Positions 9,246 to 23,600 of a stretch of 64,000 nucleotides of DNA are shown here, piece after piece. This stretch comes from Epiperipatus broadwayi. Its lineage: Eukaryota > Animalia > Onychophora. The notes beneath the pieces are model-generated. The model searched no databases, was not told the DNA's origin, and saw only the letters and a program-made list of their open reading frames with translations. The stretch lies in assembly GCA_028023455.1 (NCBI GenBank), contig JAQFVV010000003.1:13826001-13890000 (forward strand), written 5' to 3'. The position numbers were made by a program, and so were the translations under genes. Position 1 is the stretch's first letter. The number at the start of each line of letters is the position of its first letter.

Positions 9246-12059
9246 TAATATTAGGGTATGAACAAGTTGTTTGTATTTGGAAAGTTTAAATAAAGTTTAA
9301 AATTTTCTATATATGCAACATTCACTCATAAATGATGGAAATAGTCCAATATATCACATCTTATTACTATTAACAAATTGTTTGAATTTGAAAAGTTTAA
9401 AATTTTCAAGACATTAAACATTTAATGATAGATGATGGAAATATAGAAATAATCCAACATATTACATTTAATATATCATCATCACAAAGCTTTAGGCAAA
9501 TATTATTTTCAATCTGTTCCATTCACTGCTTTTACTCATTATCTTTTATAAAAATTTTAGATATTAATAATAAGAGGATTACCTTTTATTATTTAAATGC
9601 AACATATTGTTGATATTTTATTGGTTAATTTAAGTTTCAGTTCTGGTAATTTGATTTAAATATATATCACACATACACAAAAAGTAATATCCCTCTGTCC
9701 ATTCTATAAGCTAAAATATATAACTGAATAAAATTAATGGACATTAGAAAAATAGGTGAACAAGATTATAAATGATAACTAACTAGTTGGCATTCTTCCG
9801 GAAGAGTGTGTCCTGAATGTTACTCATAGTGATCAACTTTTACTCTTATCCTAATATTCAGATTAAAATATGTCAACAAATTTTCTTGGATATAAAATAC
9901 TTTAAGATGCTTAAATATTAAAGATTAGCAGGCTAAAAATAAAAGATAGTCAGAGAATAGACATAATAATAATAATTTGCCACATAACCAACTAGCTAAA
10001 AACTGATTAAAAAGATTTGTCTTCGATATTTTCTACCGTTCATTAATTTTTAACCCCATGCAAACATTTTAGTTCCTCAAATATACGATATCGTAATTAT
10101 CTAATTAAATGTCTCGGAAAATGACTAGACATTAAACATAAAATATTTGGCTGAGTATATAAAATAAAATCGTTAACAATATAAAATATTTATTAAATCT
10201 TATAAAGCAACTCTGACATCAATATGCTAGTGATTGTGATGTTTTTATAATTGATGGCAAACTAGCATTGATAATGATAAAGAATTATCACTTAGTTATA
10301 ATTCCTTATTGAGTAGCTAACCTATTTAAAAACAGATAATATATATAAATAGTATTTAAACAAAATAAATAGCATAATTAAATAACAAAAAAAAAAAGAT
10401 ATAATGTTAAGCTTACTAGTCTCAAGATTCACCTTTTTGCTAATTGATTCAGTTAATTAATTAAACACAAATGCAAGAAAAAAGTAAATGATTCATAAAA
10501 ATAGCTGTAAAAATATTTAAATGTTCCAATATTGATTGTCAGAAGTCCTCGATGTGGTCATCTAAGTTTAAAACTATAGAGGTCATGACATCTTTCTCTC
10601 ATGTCCATAATCCAAGGTTTGATTCCAGATAAAACGTGACTAAGTTTTCAGGTAGCTGAAAAATTTCCAGTAATTTAGGATCCACTCCCCCCTCAATATG
10701 CAGGCATTGTAATTATGGCTCAATAAATGTGCACCTAATGTTTCTGAGCTAAAGAATAAAATAATCCTCAGTTAATTAGCTTGATGAGTAATATTTTCTT
10801 CTCCCATTTCTTTATGGAGGAATCCTGAGAAACCTTTGCCCTGCTGTTTTGCAGATGGTTTTTAGAAGAAGGATAAGAAAGATGCTGATTTGATGACCTC
10901 ACCAAAAAACAAAAACAAAAAACAGAGCATTTGAGTTGACCAAGAAACAGAAAAAGGTGTCACAAAGATGAAATAGTATTTTGGTGTTTAACACATGTCT
11001 TTTGATGATAAGCTACCTTTTCCTGCCCTACTTTCTCCAGATTTCATTAAATCTGTCATAACTTGCTGACTTGATTCAAATAAAAGATGGCAAAACATTT
11101 TAAATCACAGGAGTTCTTTCTAAGAAATAGATACAATATAAAAAAATCAAATTTATTAAAATAGCCTATAGTAGGGCATATTTCTCTCCAGTATCTATCT
11201 CTCTGCAGTAAGACATTGCTCACCAAATTGGTTAAACAAGTACTGGTTGTGGAGATTTTGCAGTTTTCCTTCCTTCTTTTATTCTCCAAAGCATGAAATC
11301 ATTAGATACTAATTAATAATCAATGGCTGTATAGCAACTTAAAAAAAAAAAAATCTTAGCTTGCTTGGACATTAAAATTACATCAAATTTTGAATATCAT
11401 ATAGGTTTACAATGAAGCAGCTCCCTGAAAAATTTCTACATTTTCTCCAAATACAAATTCTTAGAGTTATGAGCTTGGCAGAAAGTGATAATATATCAAG
11501 AGACGATTCATTTATATATTTTTTATTTGCAAGTACATTGTTGTTTTTTATCAAAATAATTTTCTTGCCAGTTTTTTTAAAATTACTTTTGCCGGTTAAA
11601 TTAAATTAAGGCAAGATAACTGGTGATAAATTCATGGCCAAAGAAATTTTAACAAATTAAAACCTAATTACGAATATACGTGTGAAAGTGCATGTTAACA
11701 TAGTAATGAAACACTATCATGCTTCCATAATTTCACCTAGATATTAATCAGATTAAGCTATTAAAAACAGCCATTGATAAAAAAAAAAAAAACTGCTTAT
11801 TTTCAATTATTCTTTTGTTCAGTGGTTGTTTTTATCTTTTCATTCATATTTCACACTAAGTGCTTGATATCTGTATACTTTTATAGATAAGATGCAGACA
11901 AATCCACACATCTAGAATTATTTTCAAATATTGTCAAAATAACCTATTAAAACCTAAATACACAAGACTGCCCCCTGGTAATATAAAATCATAACCAAAG
12001 AAGTACAACTTTTAAGAATATGCAGTTTCCACTTCATATCACATTAGTTATGAGCCATC

Positions 12060-12905
12060 ATTAAGACTAAATAATCAATCGATCTACCAGATAGAGCATC
12101 AAATTGTTTTTCAAACAAGAAGATATATATATATATTGAATATTTCTGTAAAGTAATTTTCACTACACCATTCTCATGCTAGATAAGAACTGTTTTCTAT
12201 CTGCTTTTAACACCTTGTGGAGAAGTGGAATCATAAACATATGACCAAAGACTTGTGAAAAAGATCTATGATTTCCAAAATGCATATTTCATGCTGAATC
12301 AGCACTCAACAGTTGGCCCAGACCACAATCTCTTATACATATCTTCAGTACATATATAGATAGCAAATTACTACAGTTTAATTGATAAGTGTCAAATGTG
12401 CTGCCCTCACAACTTTAACACAAATCACTTGATATTTAATTTTATTTGCTAGCACAGAGATAATATGTAATTTAGACAGTAAGAATTTTTCATCCTAACA
12501 CATGTACTGTACCAATTTTATAATATCTCAATGATATCTTAGTAAGTATTGAGGAAACTAAAATTAAAATGTAAGATAGAGACTTTAGAAAAGATTATAG
12601 TGGCCACAATTTATCTTTAAATTTACTTTCTGATTATATAGATCAATCTAAGGCATCTCAGTTTAAGAATGTGATCTGTTCACTTCCATTACCACAAATC
12701 ACTTAATGAAGGTATATTAATAATTTTTATTAGTTATTCATTCAACTAGAGATTATCCAATAATGCATATTTCTGTAGTGTAATTATCACTACACCACTC
12801 CCACACTAGGTGGAGACTGTTTTCTATCTGCTTTTAACACCTTTTGGAGGGATGTAACCATAAACATGACAAGACATGTGAAAAAGATCTATGATCCCCA
12901 AAAAC
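12060..12905 (-). mobile_element. Hammerhead repeat family B, minus-strand copies
   Basis: 12060-12450 and 12693-12903 are reverse-complement homologs of the 14940-16330 repeats. Confidence 0.75.
12275..12316 (-). ncRNA. Type I hammerhead motif, family B (A6 to U)
   Basis: Minus strand reads CCAA-CTGTTGA-GTGCTG-ATT-CAGCAT-GAAA-TATGC-ATT-TTGG. Confidence 0.7.
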
Positions 12906-15317
12906 ACCCAATCCAAATTCAAGCCCATGATATTAAATGATAGAATCAAGTATGTTATAGCACATAAATTTGTATTAATTAATCATCACAACCTAATATT
13001 TAAAGCCAAACATAAATAAACGTTAAAACAAAAGTTAAACCTAACCAATTAATGAGATATCATGACATACAATAGATCAGATGAATAAACTTAATCAAAA
13101 ATAAATAAATTAATGTATATAATATTAAAGTAAAGAAAACTTAATACTTATTTTATTACAATTTTATTTTAACAAACTACTTATGCTAATGCTTAACCAA
13201 AGATGACGTCAACAATAAAATAAAAAAATGAGCAAGAACTTAGTGCATAGATAAATAGAAAGTATAAAAAAAGCGAATTTTTTTGTTCAAAGAGTAAAAA
13301 AAAAAAAAAAATCCACCATTCTCTGTATAAAGAACTTAAAAAAAATAATTTAAAGGTTCATGCCAACTGGTTCAAATTCACAGTACTGCTAAAGAAATCT
13401 TTTTCTACAATTTGAGAAAGTGAGTAGAAACATTTACTTATAAAACAACTTAGCAAAGAGTTCGGAAAGTAATAATCTACAAACAAAATAAAACATTAGA
13501 ATCTTCAAAAGGGAAAAAAATAACTATTGATTCCTTGCTATAAATTTTGGATGTTAAAACTAAAATATACAATAGCAGAAGAAATATTAACATTATTCCA
13601 ATTAATTTCATCTAAGAGGATTTTATATATTATTGACAAAAACCAATCATGCATTGGTAATTGTAGAAGGGAACTGTCATGGAAGAGAAGTCATCATCCA
13701 TGGAGCTAGAAAGTGTCAAGGCCAACATGGAATTCTCTTACCTCCATACATCTGGAACAACGGAATGATCCATTATAAAATTTTTTTTTTTTACTCCTTG
13801 CTTCAAAACTTCAGTTTGAGAGCTTCCATCAGATATTTTAATTCTAAGCTATGCTTAAAGGAATTCACATAGATTATAAAGATAAGCCATCAGAACATTA
13901 TCCACACAAATTGTGAAGTCTATCTACAAAGCTGACATCATTAATAATTAATTATTCATATGTTCAATGTAATAATTTGTTTTCTTTATTTTAATATAGG
14001 ACTGAACAATTTAAATTAAATTTATGAAATTCATAATAAAGATAAAATCAGTATTATGGATAGATAAAGTTTATAAGATGTAATCTAGAGTATAAAGTAA
14101 ACTGATCATTGTGAATGAAAGATAAGGTAAAATGTTACTTAAGATATGTATCAACTACATATTTATATATGTACAACATACACACATTCATTGATTATTT
14201 ATTTCGAAACTCATGTTAATTATTAATATCTTTTAAAATATTTTTTTTCATATATTTTTTACATGTTAAACTTATAATTTTCTTTTGACGCATATTTCTC
14301 ATATATAACCAGGGGTCTATTAAACCATCAGATAGTTCATGTTATCCAAGGCACATAGTAGCTGTTCTTCATGGGGTCAAGATGGGAAGCATTGTTATAA
14401 ATGAAGAATAACCACAGGTGTCTAAATGAGATTCCTTAATTTGGTTGTAAATATTATACTCCAAATATTAATCCATGTATATCTGTTTATTAAATTTATT
14501 TAAATGTTGAAACATATTTCTTGATTTATTTTTCTGTGTTTAAATTCTGTTAAGTTACATCCTCATACACATATAATGATCATTACTTGCATGTATATAA
14601 TATATTATACCCATTCTCATTAATAGGCATTTTCTCATGTTACAGATATGATGAACTTGATGATACAAACATTCCCTGAATCTGAGAATCATATATATCT
14701 TCCTGAATACGAAACCCAAAATAATGGGAGTAAACTACAAATTCATAAGTGAAAAGCTAAGGGTAAAATTGGCAGTTGTTTAAATCTTTCTATTCTCCCT
14801 TGGGTATGAAGTTAATGTAAGAAGTTATGCATGAAGGTAAATAATAAATGTATAGCCTTTCTACACATCAGAAGGGAGCCATCCACCTTCGTGCATACCA
14901 CGGTTAGACCATCCCATTACAATATAAATACTGAACAAGGATAATGATGTGTGAAGAGATAATAGTCTGGTTTAGCACGAAATATGCATCATGAGGATCA
15001 TAAAACTCTTTCGCATGTCTTTGGTCATACATTTATGATTACAATCCTCCACAAGGTGTTAAATATGAATAAAAACCACTCCCTACCTAGCATGAGAGTT
15101 GTATAATGAAACATACAGGTTCATTGTTGGATAATTTTTAGTCTAATAAATAACTAATAAAAATTACTAATATACTTTCATTAAGTAATTTGTGTTAAAA
15201 TTATGAAAACAGAAGAGTTGACACATCAATTAAACAGTTGTAATTTGTTTACATATATATATATACACACACACACTGAACAATGATAAAGATATGTATA
15301 AGAGATTGTGGTTTGGG

Positions 15318-15359
15318 CTAACTGCTGAGTACTAGTTCAACACAAAATGTGCATCTTGG
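15318..15359 (+). ncRNA. Type I hammerhead motif, family B (degenerate)
   Basis: CTAA-CTGCTGA(15322-15328)-GTACTA-GTT-CAACAC-AAAA-TGTGC-ATC-TTGG. Confidence 0.6.
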
Positions 15360-16103
15360 AGATCATAAATCTCTTTCACATGCCTTTGGTCATTAGTTTA
15401 TGATTACATTCTCTCACAAGATGTTAAAAGTGGATAGAAACCAGTCCTGATCTAGCATGAGAATGATATAGCAAAAATTACACTATAGAAATAGTATTCA
15501 TTATTGGATAATCTTTAGTCTAACGAATGATCAATAAAAATTGTTAATATACTTTCATTAAGTGATTTGTGTTAAAGTTGTAAAGGCAGCACATTTGACA
15601 ATTATTAATTAAACTATAGTAATTTGCTATCCATATTGAAGCTATATATATATATATGCTTCATGCCAATTTATTCTAAATATTTTTAAACTCTGTTATA
15701 GGAGAAATAAATTTTTTTATTAAATTTACTAAAGGGACGTATGTTAAAAAGCTCAGAAACACGATTAGCTGAGATTAGATAAATAATTAATAATGTTTAA
15801 ATGTATAACAGATTCTAGAAAATTCTGATAAACAATTAATTTAAAATTCGGCCAATTAAAATTCCTGAACATTGTATTTTAATAAAATTTATAAAGGCAG
15901 ATTAATTATAAGACATAGCCAAAAGAGGTTCGACTTTGTATTGTTTGTGGTAATATTTATATTGATATTACACACTGACATGCGAATTAGTGATCATTGC
16001 TTAGTTTTTAAGATTAGTTTTGCTGACTACACAAATTTGACCATTACAATATATATATATACTAAACAATGATAAAGATATATATAAGAAATTGTGGTCT
16101 GGG

Positions 16104-16145
16104 CCAACTGATAAATGCTGATACAGCAGGAAATGTGCATCTTGG
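16104..16145 (+). ncRNA. Type I hammerhead motif, family B (G8 to A)
   Basis: CCAA-CTGATAA(16108-16114)-ATGCTG-ATA-CAGCAG-GAAA-TGTGC-ATC-TTGG. Confidence 0.7.
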
Positions 16146-18589
16146 GGATCATAGATCTTTTTCACATCTTGGGTCATATGTTTATGATTACATCCCTCCA
16201 CAAGATATTAAAAGTGGATAAAAATCAATCCATACATACCAAGATGGTGAGAGTGGTATAGTGAAAATTTCACTACAGACACTATTCATTATTGGATTAT
16301 CTCTAGTTGAATGAATGACTAATAAAAAGGATATATATATATATTCGAAGGCAAAAGTAGTAGAGATAAATTGCTGAAGTTTACCAGTGGTGCAAATTTA
16401 AGGGAGGTTAGTGGTGTGAATGTTTTTTTTTTTTTTTTTTTTTAAAAAAAAAAGATATCTGGGAAGGGGGAATAAAATACTAATGGAAGTAATTTAGAAT
16501 AACTTCTATTATCCATTGAACTAAAGAGGATGATGGTGAAATATATCTAAAAATAAAGATGTAATAATAGAAGATAAAAATATTAAGAAGGAATATCTAT
16601 GTACTTAGAGAAAGTAATAAATATAACATTATTCCTACACAGAAAATCACCAAAGTATTACAAATATTGCAAGATCATTTTGATGAATTAAAAAAAACAA
16701 AAAACCAACAAATTCCATCACAATGTTTTAATAAGTCATAACAAAATGAAGTTTCAACAAACAACCATGTGTACCCTAAAAATTTCAAGATCATTCAAAG
16801 CTGATGATTCTTCTGATGCATCACTGGCTTCAGAAGATCGATAATCTGATCACTATCCATTTCATAAAAAAGAAAATAAAATAAAAATGAGGTACACTAA
16901 CTTTTTACTATTATTTTTTGAAATGAATGTGAACGATTGAATATGCACAATACTGCAAATATATAAACGTAAATATGCTTTATTAATTTACTATTGATAA
17001 TTATATTATTTTTAAAAATTTTAGTTCATATTATAATGTAAATATATTAAATTTAAGCGTAAACAGATAATATTATAATCTTAATTTATATATACTTACT
17101 ATATACATAAAAAGTGTCTTTTATATAAAGTCTGCAAATTTGTAAGTACTGCACTGTATACTTATCATACAATAAGCAATAGTTTTTATATTGTAATCAA
17201 AGCTTGTCAACAAAATGTGAGCTATTACCTCCAATATATGATGGATATAAGGGGAGCTTGCAACAAAAATAGAGCAGATAACATAATTCAACTGTACTGT
17301 AACTTGAGAGAAATAATATTAACCATATTGAAATGTAATTTTTTTGAAAATATTAAAAAAAATTGTATGGCATATAACAAAAAAATAAAAAGATGAAGAG
17401 AATGAAAGAGGTACAGATTTTCTGGTTTTTATTTAGTATTACAAAAATTGACCCAAGAAGATGAGTTATAAGAATTAATAAACAAATTTTTATCAATATG
17501 ATAACAGGAGGAAAAAAATTGTCAGTATTGAAAAACTGAATGTAGTTTAAAAGAATATATTAGTGTAGGATAGGGAGAAGGGTTTTTTTATATGATAAAT
17601 AAAATTTTCAAATAATGGAGTATATTTAATAAATCAAAGTTTAGTTTGGCATTATTTTCTAATTCAAAAAGTTCTCATATAAACATACAAAGATAGTCAC
17701 AAATACAGTGATATAAATTGCTGCTGTCAAATATAAAAACCCACTGAATTACTTTGCTGTGGTATTTCTGTTTAAAGGTTCTAGGTATTTATAACTATCT
17801 AATGTAATCAGTAAAGTATATGATTACAGATCTAGTTTCAGACAGAAAAGTGAAACAAATAAATGTGTTTGAAGTCAATATCTTAAAATATTTAAATATT
17901 CAACCCAATTTGAAAAAGATAAACTAAAAGATGGCTGCTGGATGGCTATAGTGCAAAACATTGTTCCTTTTTGAAAAAAGGCAATACCCAGGAATTAATT
18001 TAATTATGAGTTTGGCACAACAATCTGTTATTACTCATGGTTACATGGAGAATAATTTGGAATGGTTATTATCATCAAATGGAAAGCTGTAAAATCATTA
18101 TGTTAATTTGTTTCATATCTGGAAATGTTAATGTATATAAGTCAAAAATAAAACAACTGTCAAATAGTTCATTGACAAGTAAAAGCCTCTTCCATATATC
18201 CCTATAAAGAAACAGTGAAGAAGAAGACATTACCCACCAGGATTTCCAATTGCCAGGTTATGAGGATTTGGATAATTTTCTATCCTTCTTCTATTCCTCC
18301 AGTTAAAAATAACTAAATATCTATTTATTGACCAATGACAACTAATTAGTTTGCTATGGATTCATTACTTTGTAAAATATTCAAAAGCATTATATGACAG
18401 TGTTTTGAATTCATGCCACTGACATGGCAGGTGAATTGTACTATTAAGAAGTTTTTTTTCATATCCTTAAAGAATATTTGATCTACAAATACTTCAACAC
18501 TTTTTTCTTCTTTGCATTGCTTAAAAGATTATCCTAGAGATAAAAATTTTTTAAATATTAAATGCTTTAATTGACTGTGCACTAAAAAT

Positions 18590-18810
18590 AAAATAAAATA
18601 ATTGTTTCTTTAATCATGATTGAAGTTTTTAGATTTAACTTGAAATAACAGCATGGGAGAAGGAGTTTCAAAATTAATTAAGTCAATCCCTTCTAATAAA
18701 AAATAAGGATTGACTTAATTACTTTCTGGACCCCCCCCCCCCCCCATATTTTTATTTCAAGTTAAATCTAAAAAGTCCAATTGTGGTTGAAGAAATAATT
18801 ATTTTATCTC
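18590..18810. repeat. Imperfect fold-back (MITE-like) element
   Basis: TTTTTAGATTTAACTTGAAATAA / TTATTTCAAGTTAAATCTAAAAA and AATTAAGTCAATCC / GGATTGACTTAATT form nested inverted pairs. Confidence 0.5.
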
Positions 18811-19339
18811 TTATTATTTTAAAGGTTTTTAGCATTGGCACAATAAATGAAAATGTAAAACTATATGATACTTTAAATTTACTGACACCTATAGTTGATA
18901 TATATATCACTAGATATTTCTGCTATAGTTAAAATGTATACCCCATACATATATATGATATTTAATACGTGTACATAAGAACATGTGTGTATATATATTG
19001 TAAATAAATATCACACACACACACATATATATATATATATCATTAGATATTTCTGCAGTAAGTTAATATATACCCTTAATATATATAACATGTTTAGTAG
19101 GTATACATAATTATATATGCATAATAAATCACTAATTAAGTTTTCTATTTAAGATTTGGTTTTATTTTTACTTTAGAATAATTATTTTATTAATATATAA
19201 ATAATCATAACTTCTAAATAACAGTAATTGCAAAGTGGAAGATGCTTCCATTTTGCAATAACAATTTGAGTTTTCTTCTTTGGCTTTTTTTTTTTTTTTA
19301 AAAAAAAATCAATTGTTTTAAAATAAAAATTATTGATAT

Positions 19340-19520
19340 TTGGGTATTATTCCTGCAACATGGACAAGTATTGTGCCTTTTCACATTCGTACCAATGCAC
19401 TGGTAACTTTGTAATGTTGTTATTTTGGGAACCACTTACAAAGTTATCTGCAGCTTCAATATGAATGTGAAAAAGGCACAGCAATAAATATGTGGTTCAT
19501 GTTGCAGGAATAATACCCAA
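19340..19520. mobile_element. MITE with TIR TTGGGTATTATTCCTGCAA
   Basis: TTGGGTATTATTCCTGCAACATG at 19340 and its reverse complement ending at 19520, with ~50-bp imperfect TIRs. A third copy of the right end finishes at 21307. Confidence 0.65.
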
Positions 19521-20029
19521 GATATATATATTTTTAAAACAAAAAAAATGTATAAAATATACATGTATGCAGAAATGTAAATAAATATATGAAATATACA
19601 CGTAAGCAGAAATGTATATGACACTCTGACACTGAATTAAATTGATTTTAAAAAATGTGTACAAATATTATTTAAAAACACATACCAAACATTACATATA
19701 CTTACCAGCTCTAATAGAACATATTGTGTAGTTGAAAGAATCAATTTGGAATTGACTTCTTCTTGTAGACAAAATGAAGATTTAAAGTAAACCCCCCCCC
19801 TGCAAAATCGTTATCGAGCATGTGATTGCGCAGTACATGCTGTGAATGGAATTTTGCCATGCAAAAAAGTTTTCAAATAAACAAATGGCAATGTGTTTTT
19901 CTTAAATGGAGAATCACAACAACAAAAAATAAATAAATAAATAATAACAAAGTCAACAAAGTAATTCAATAACGAAATAAAAAAAATAGTGTAAATTGCA
20001 GCAGTCTGTTTTTTAAACTGGAGGAAAAA

Positions 20030-20880
20030 CATTCTTGAGGTCATTTATATGGAATCTACACCATATAAATTCTGCCAGGTAGGAGTCAAGATGTTGCCTT
20101 GATGTGCCTCACTGCTGTTTATTTCAGCCATTTGGTGGAGCCCATAGATGTTCAATGTTTTGGGTGTGAACACCAGTTTCAGGATTCACAAAGTTATATA
20201 TGTGGTTGATGCACAAATGCTCATAACCAGCAGCTGTGAGTTCATTGGTTTTGTAGGCCTTCCAGCAATCAAAGTAGATTGTGGAACCCTCTTGTACATT
20301 GTCTTTGATAGCTTCTATCAGAGTCAGCACATTCTTATCTTTTATCTTGATGATGAAATATTACTCCATCTCTCGACATAACCCACCGAATATCCACTGT
20401 TCAAGAAGAATTCTGCCTTGTTGATTTTTGCATTTGGAAAACAGACTTTTGTCAATTTCAACAATTTGTCTGGCCCTCCAATTTTAGGTGTTCCTCATTG
20501 AAGCATGACAGTGCTGCAAACTTCCCTCATATAGTTGTTCCAGTCTATTATGGTTTTGTTTGCTAAGCCAAGTTCGTTTTTTCCCCATTTGACAGAAGTT
20601 AATTGACAAGCTCAACAGTAAATGAACCAGATGGCAGTTAGAAATGGGATCTTGGAACCTTCCAACCACATTCCCATACAAATCACAATTTTAGTTTTGC
20701 AACCTGCAACATTGAAATGCCACTTTTTGTCAGAGGTGTGTATGTAAAAAGTCATAATGTGATCATTAGGACACATTTTGATCAATGGCAGGATGCTTTG
20801 CTGTTGGAAATACAGAATGGCCTTCTTTTCAGTAGTTGGCAGCTTCCAAATTGTCATCATTTTATCCAAGAAAGAAACAA
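20030..20880 (-). mobile_element. Merlin (IS1016/IS1595-like, ISXO2 domain) DDE transposase pseudogene
   Basis: Frameshifted peptides: KIGGPDKIVEIDKSLFSK...QWIFGGLCRE; TLIEAIKDNVQEGSTIYFDCWKAY...GYEHLCINHIYNFVNPETGVHTQNIEHLW; N-terminal Cys-containing region at 20612-20870. Confidence 0.85.
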
Positions 20881-22779
20881 ATACTATTAATAATGCAGAA
20901 TTAAATAACAACAAGATGCAAACTTGAAATTCAAGATGATGAAAAAATGCAGAACAAATTTTGAAGAGTTAAAAAGTTAAAAAAAATGCAAAAGTAAATA
21001 ACAAAGTTCAAATTAAAGATGAAAAAAAGGCAGAATAAAAAATAAAGAATTAACTAACAAACTAACTTGAAATTTAAACATCTAACTTTTTTTAATGAAA
21101 AAATAAATTGAAATAGAACCAATAATGCAGAATTAAATATGCAAAAAATCTGAAAACAGCGTCAATATAAATAGCTTTTGTTGTACACGTTTTGAACGAG
21201 AAATTACACTCAAATCATAAGGTTTATTTGACGTTCACAAGATTACTCCTTTATCACATATGTGAAAAGGCCTCCTATCTTTTCTTCATTGCAGGAATAA
21301 TACCCAAGTAAACAAACTATCAAACAATTCTAAATAAAAAAATTTGTTACTGATTTATTATTTATATATATAATTATGTATACATACTAAATATAATATA
21401 CAAACTAAGTTTAAAATGGTTAAAAAAATATTAAATTGAAAGAAAAAAATCTTTATAATGCTCTCTCATGAGTATTATTTAAAACAATTGAATTGTGATA
21501 TGTGAAATTATTGAATATTTTTAATATTTTCCCACCATTTATTCCACATGTAAGAAACCAGGCTATCTACTGAAAAGATGAATATCTTATATGGATTAGG
21601 CTTGTTTAACTTAGTTATATATCAGATTTCAAGCAATTTTTTTGAATTTAAATATATAAAATTTGGATTTTAAAATTTCATTCCAACTTGAAAAATATCA
21701 AAGTTTAACAAATAAATTAACAAATAAATCGATTTTCAAACTTCAATAAAAACATTTAAAAATGTAAAGATAAAAAAAGACAAAAATAAAAGCAAATATT
21801 TATCATCATTTCTAAATTAGAGATTATAATTTTATAAACTTGGTAAAAGTAAAAATTTAAATAAATAAAATGCATTTGTATTAAATTAAAAAAAAAAAAG
21901 AAAGAAAAAATATTTAAGATATATATAATGTTAAGAAATTTCCTGGAAAGCAGGTTTATTGACTGCAATGGATCTCTTGAAAAATTGTATTACTGATAAT
22001 CTCAGTGGCAGATCATCGGTACGTTGTGCCATAACTTAAAAAATATAATATCTAACATCAACATATACTATAAAGCAATGCAATTAATATTAAAAAATGC
22101 AATCAGCTACATCAAAAAATTAACTATTTACATATATTTATAAAGGACATCATATTGTAGTAAACATATCTACCTAACATACCTACAATCTCACACTAAA
22201 ATCTAAGTAGAAAATTAAATTTCTTTCTGAAAGATATTCTAAGTAAGCTTAAGAATTTTTTAAGATAGAAAAGCCAGCTAAAATTTCTGATAATTGATCA
22301 GTAAATGAATATCTAGTTATTTTAACTAAAAGGTAAAAAAGTTTGCTAAACCCTAATAAACAAATAATTATTTAATCTGGTGATATCTTCTCCATTAAGG
22401 CTCTCTAGCTTTTTACACACATGCGTGCATACACACACATGTAAATACATGAAAGCAGTCAACATGTAAACAATATCAATATTAATAACAATCAACAATC
22501 TCAATCTGCTGTCAAGGCAACCTCCTTTTAACAATAAAGGTAAAAATCCATCGTTATCTATGGTCTAATAAGTTTATATAGATACTAAAGATTGCAACTT
22601 GATCACAGAGTGAAATTATTGATACAAAGAAGTTTAAATAAATTTCATTAAACAGATAAATATATATTTTAATTGGCAGCATAAACTTCTTTCCATACCA
22701 TCTCAGTGACCCATCAAGGCACCACAAACTTTAATGCCAAAAATAGTCAGATCACGATATAGGATAGTAAATAGTTTAT

Positions 22780-23150
22780 TATTTATGTCCAACAAATAAG
22801 AGAGTTACCATTGATCAAAACCAATGGGCTGGTACTTCTATAAGTCCTAACCCTATTATCTTTCAAAGCCTTAATTTAACTCAGTCTACACCCATGAATA
22901 TAAACACAGCTGATCACAAGGCTTCATGCATTCTTGAGAGCATAAACCTTTACATAACTCATATTCATATCTTATTCATGTCCAATATAAGAGAATCACC
23001 ATTGATCAAGACCAATGAAAGGATACTTCCTACAAGTCCTAACCTTATTATTTTTCAAAGCCTTAATTTAACTCAGTTTACACCCATGAATTTAAACACA
23101 GCTGATTACAAGACTTCATATTCATTGCTGCATTCTTGGCAGAGCACAAT
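22780..23150. repeat. Two-copy ~188-bp tandem duplication
   Basis: CCATTGATCAA...AAGTCCTAACC...CAAAGCCTTAATTTAACTCAGT...AAACACAGCTGAT occurs twice, starting near 22800 and 22990. Confidence 0.7.
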
Positions 23151-23267
23151 GCTTCACAGAACTGTATTTATATCTTTAGACATCATATTTACCAGTAAGT
23201 GACATTTATTTCCTTATCATCACAATTATTTTACCATCTCTACATAAATATCATGGTTGCACATATA

Positions 23268-23600
<333 letters not shown>

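Larger units (their letters stand above)
7110..9440 (+). mobile_element. 5'-truncated PLE copy in inverted (divergent) orientation
   Basis: Homologous to 3480-6050 on the opposite strand: LPKIHK at ~7197, GMAMG, YVDD at 7580-7591, GIY-YIG remnant at ~8100-8330, then a terminal repeat split by a 461-bp insertion. Confidence 0.85.
14940..16330 (+). mobile_element. Hammerhead repeat family B, tandem plus-strand array (~365-380 nt monomer)
   Basis: Cleavage triplets ATC end at 14990, 15355 and 16141. An ATAAT...TAGTCTAA motif recurs at ~15130 and ~15508. Unrelated sequence is inserted at ~15660-16020. The 14966-14995 copy keeps AGCAC-GAAA-TATGC-ATC but has lost the core. Confidence 0.75.

Noticed and set aside
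10850-11300. Protein-like minus-strand stretch (piggyBac-like guess)
   Set aside because: Multiple stops and no diagnostic motif I can defend.
16400-18600. Possible decayed hAT-like transposase (CAGTGGTG start, PPGFPIARL, HATDMAG)
   Set aside because: Motif matches are too weak and fragmented, and no matching TIR pair was found.
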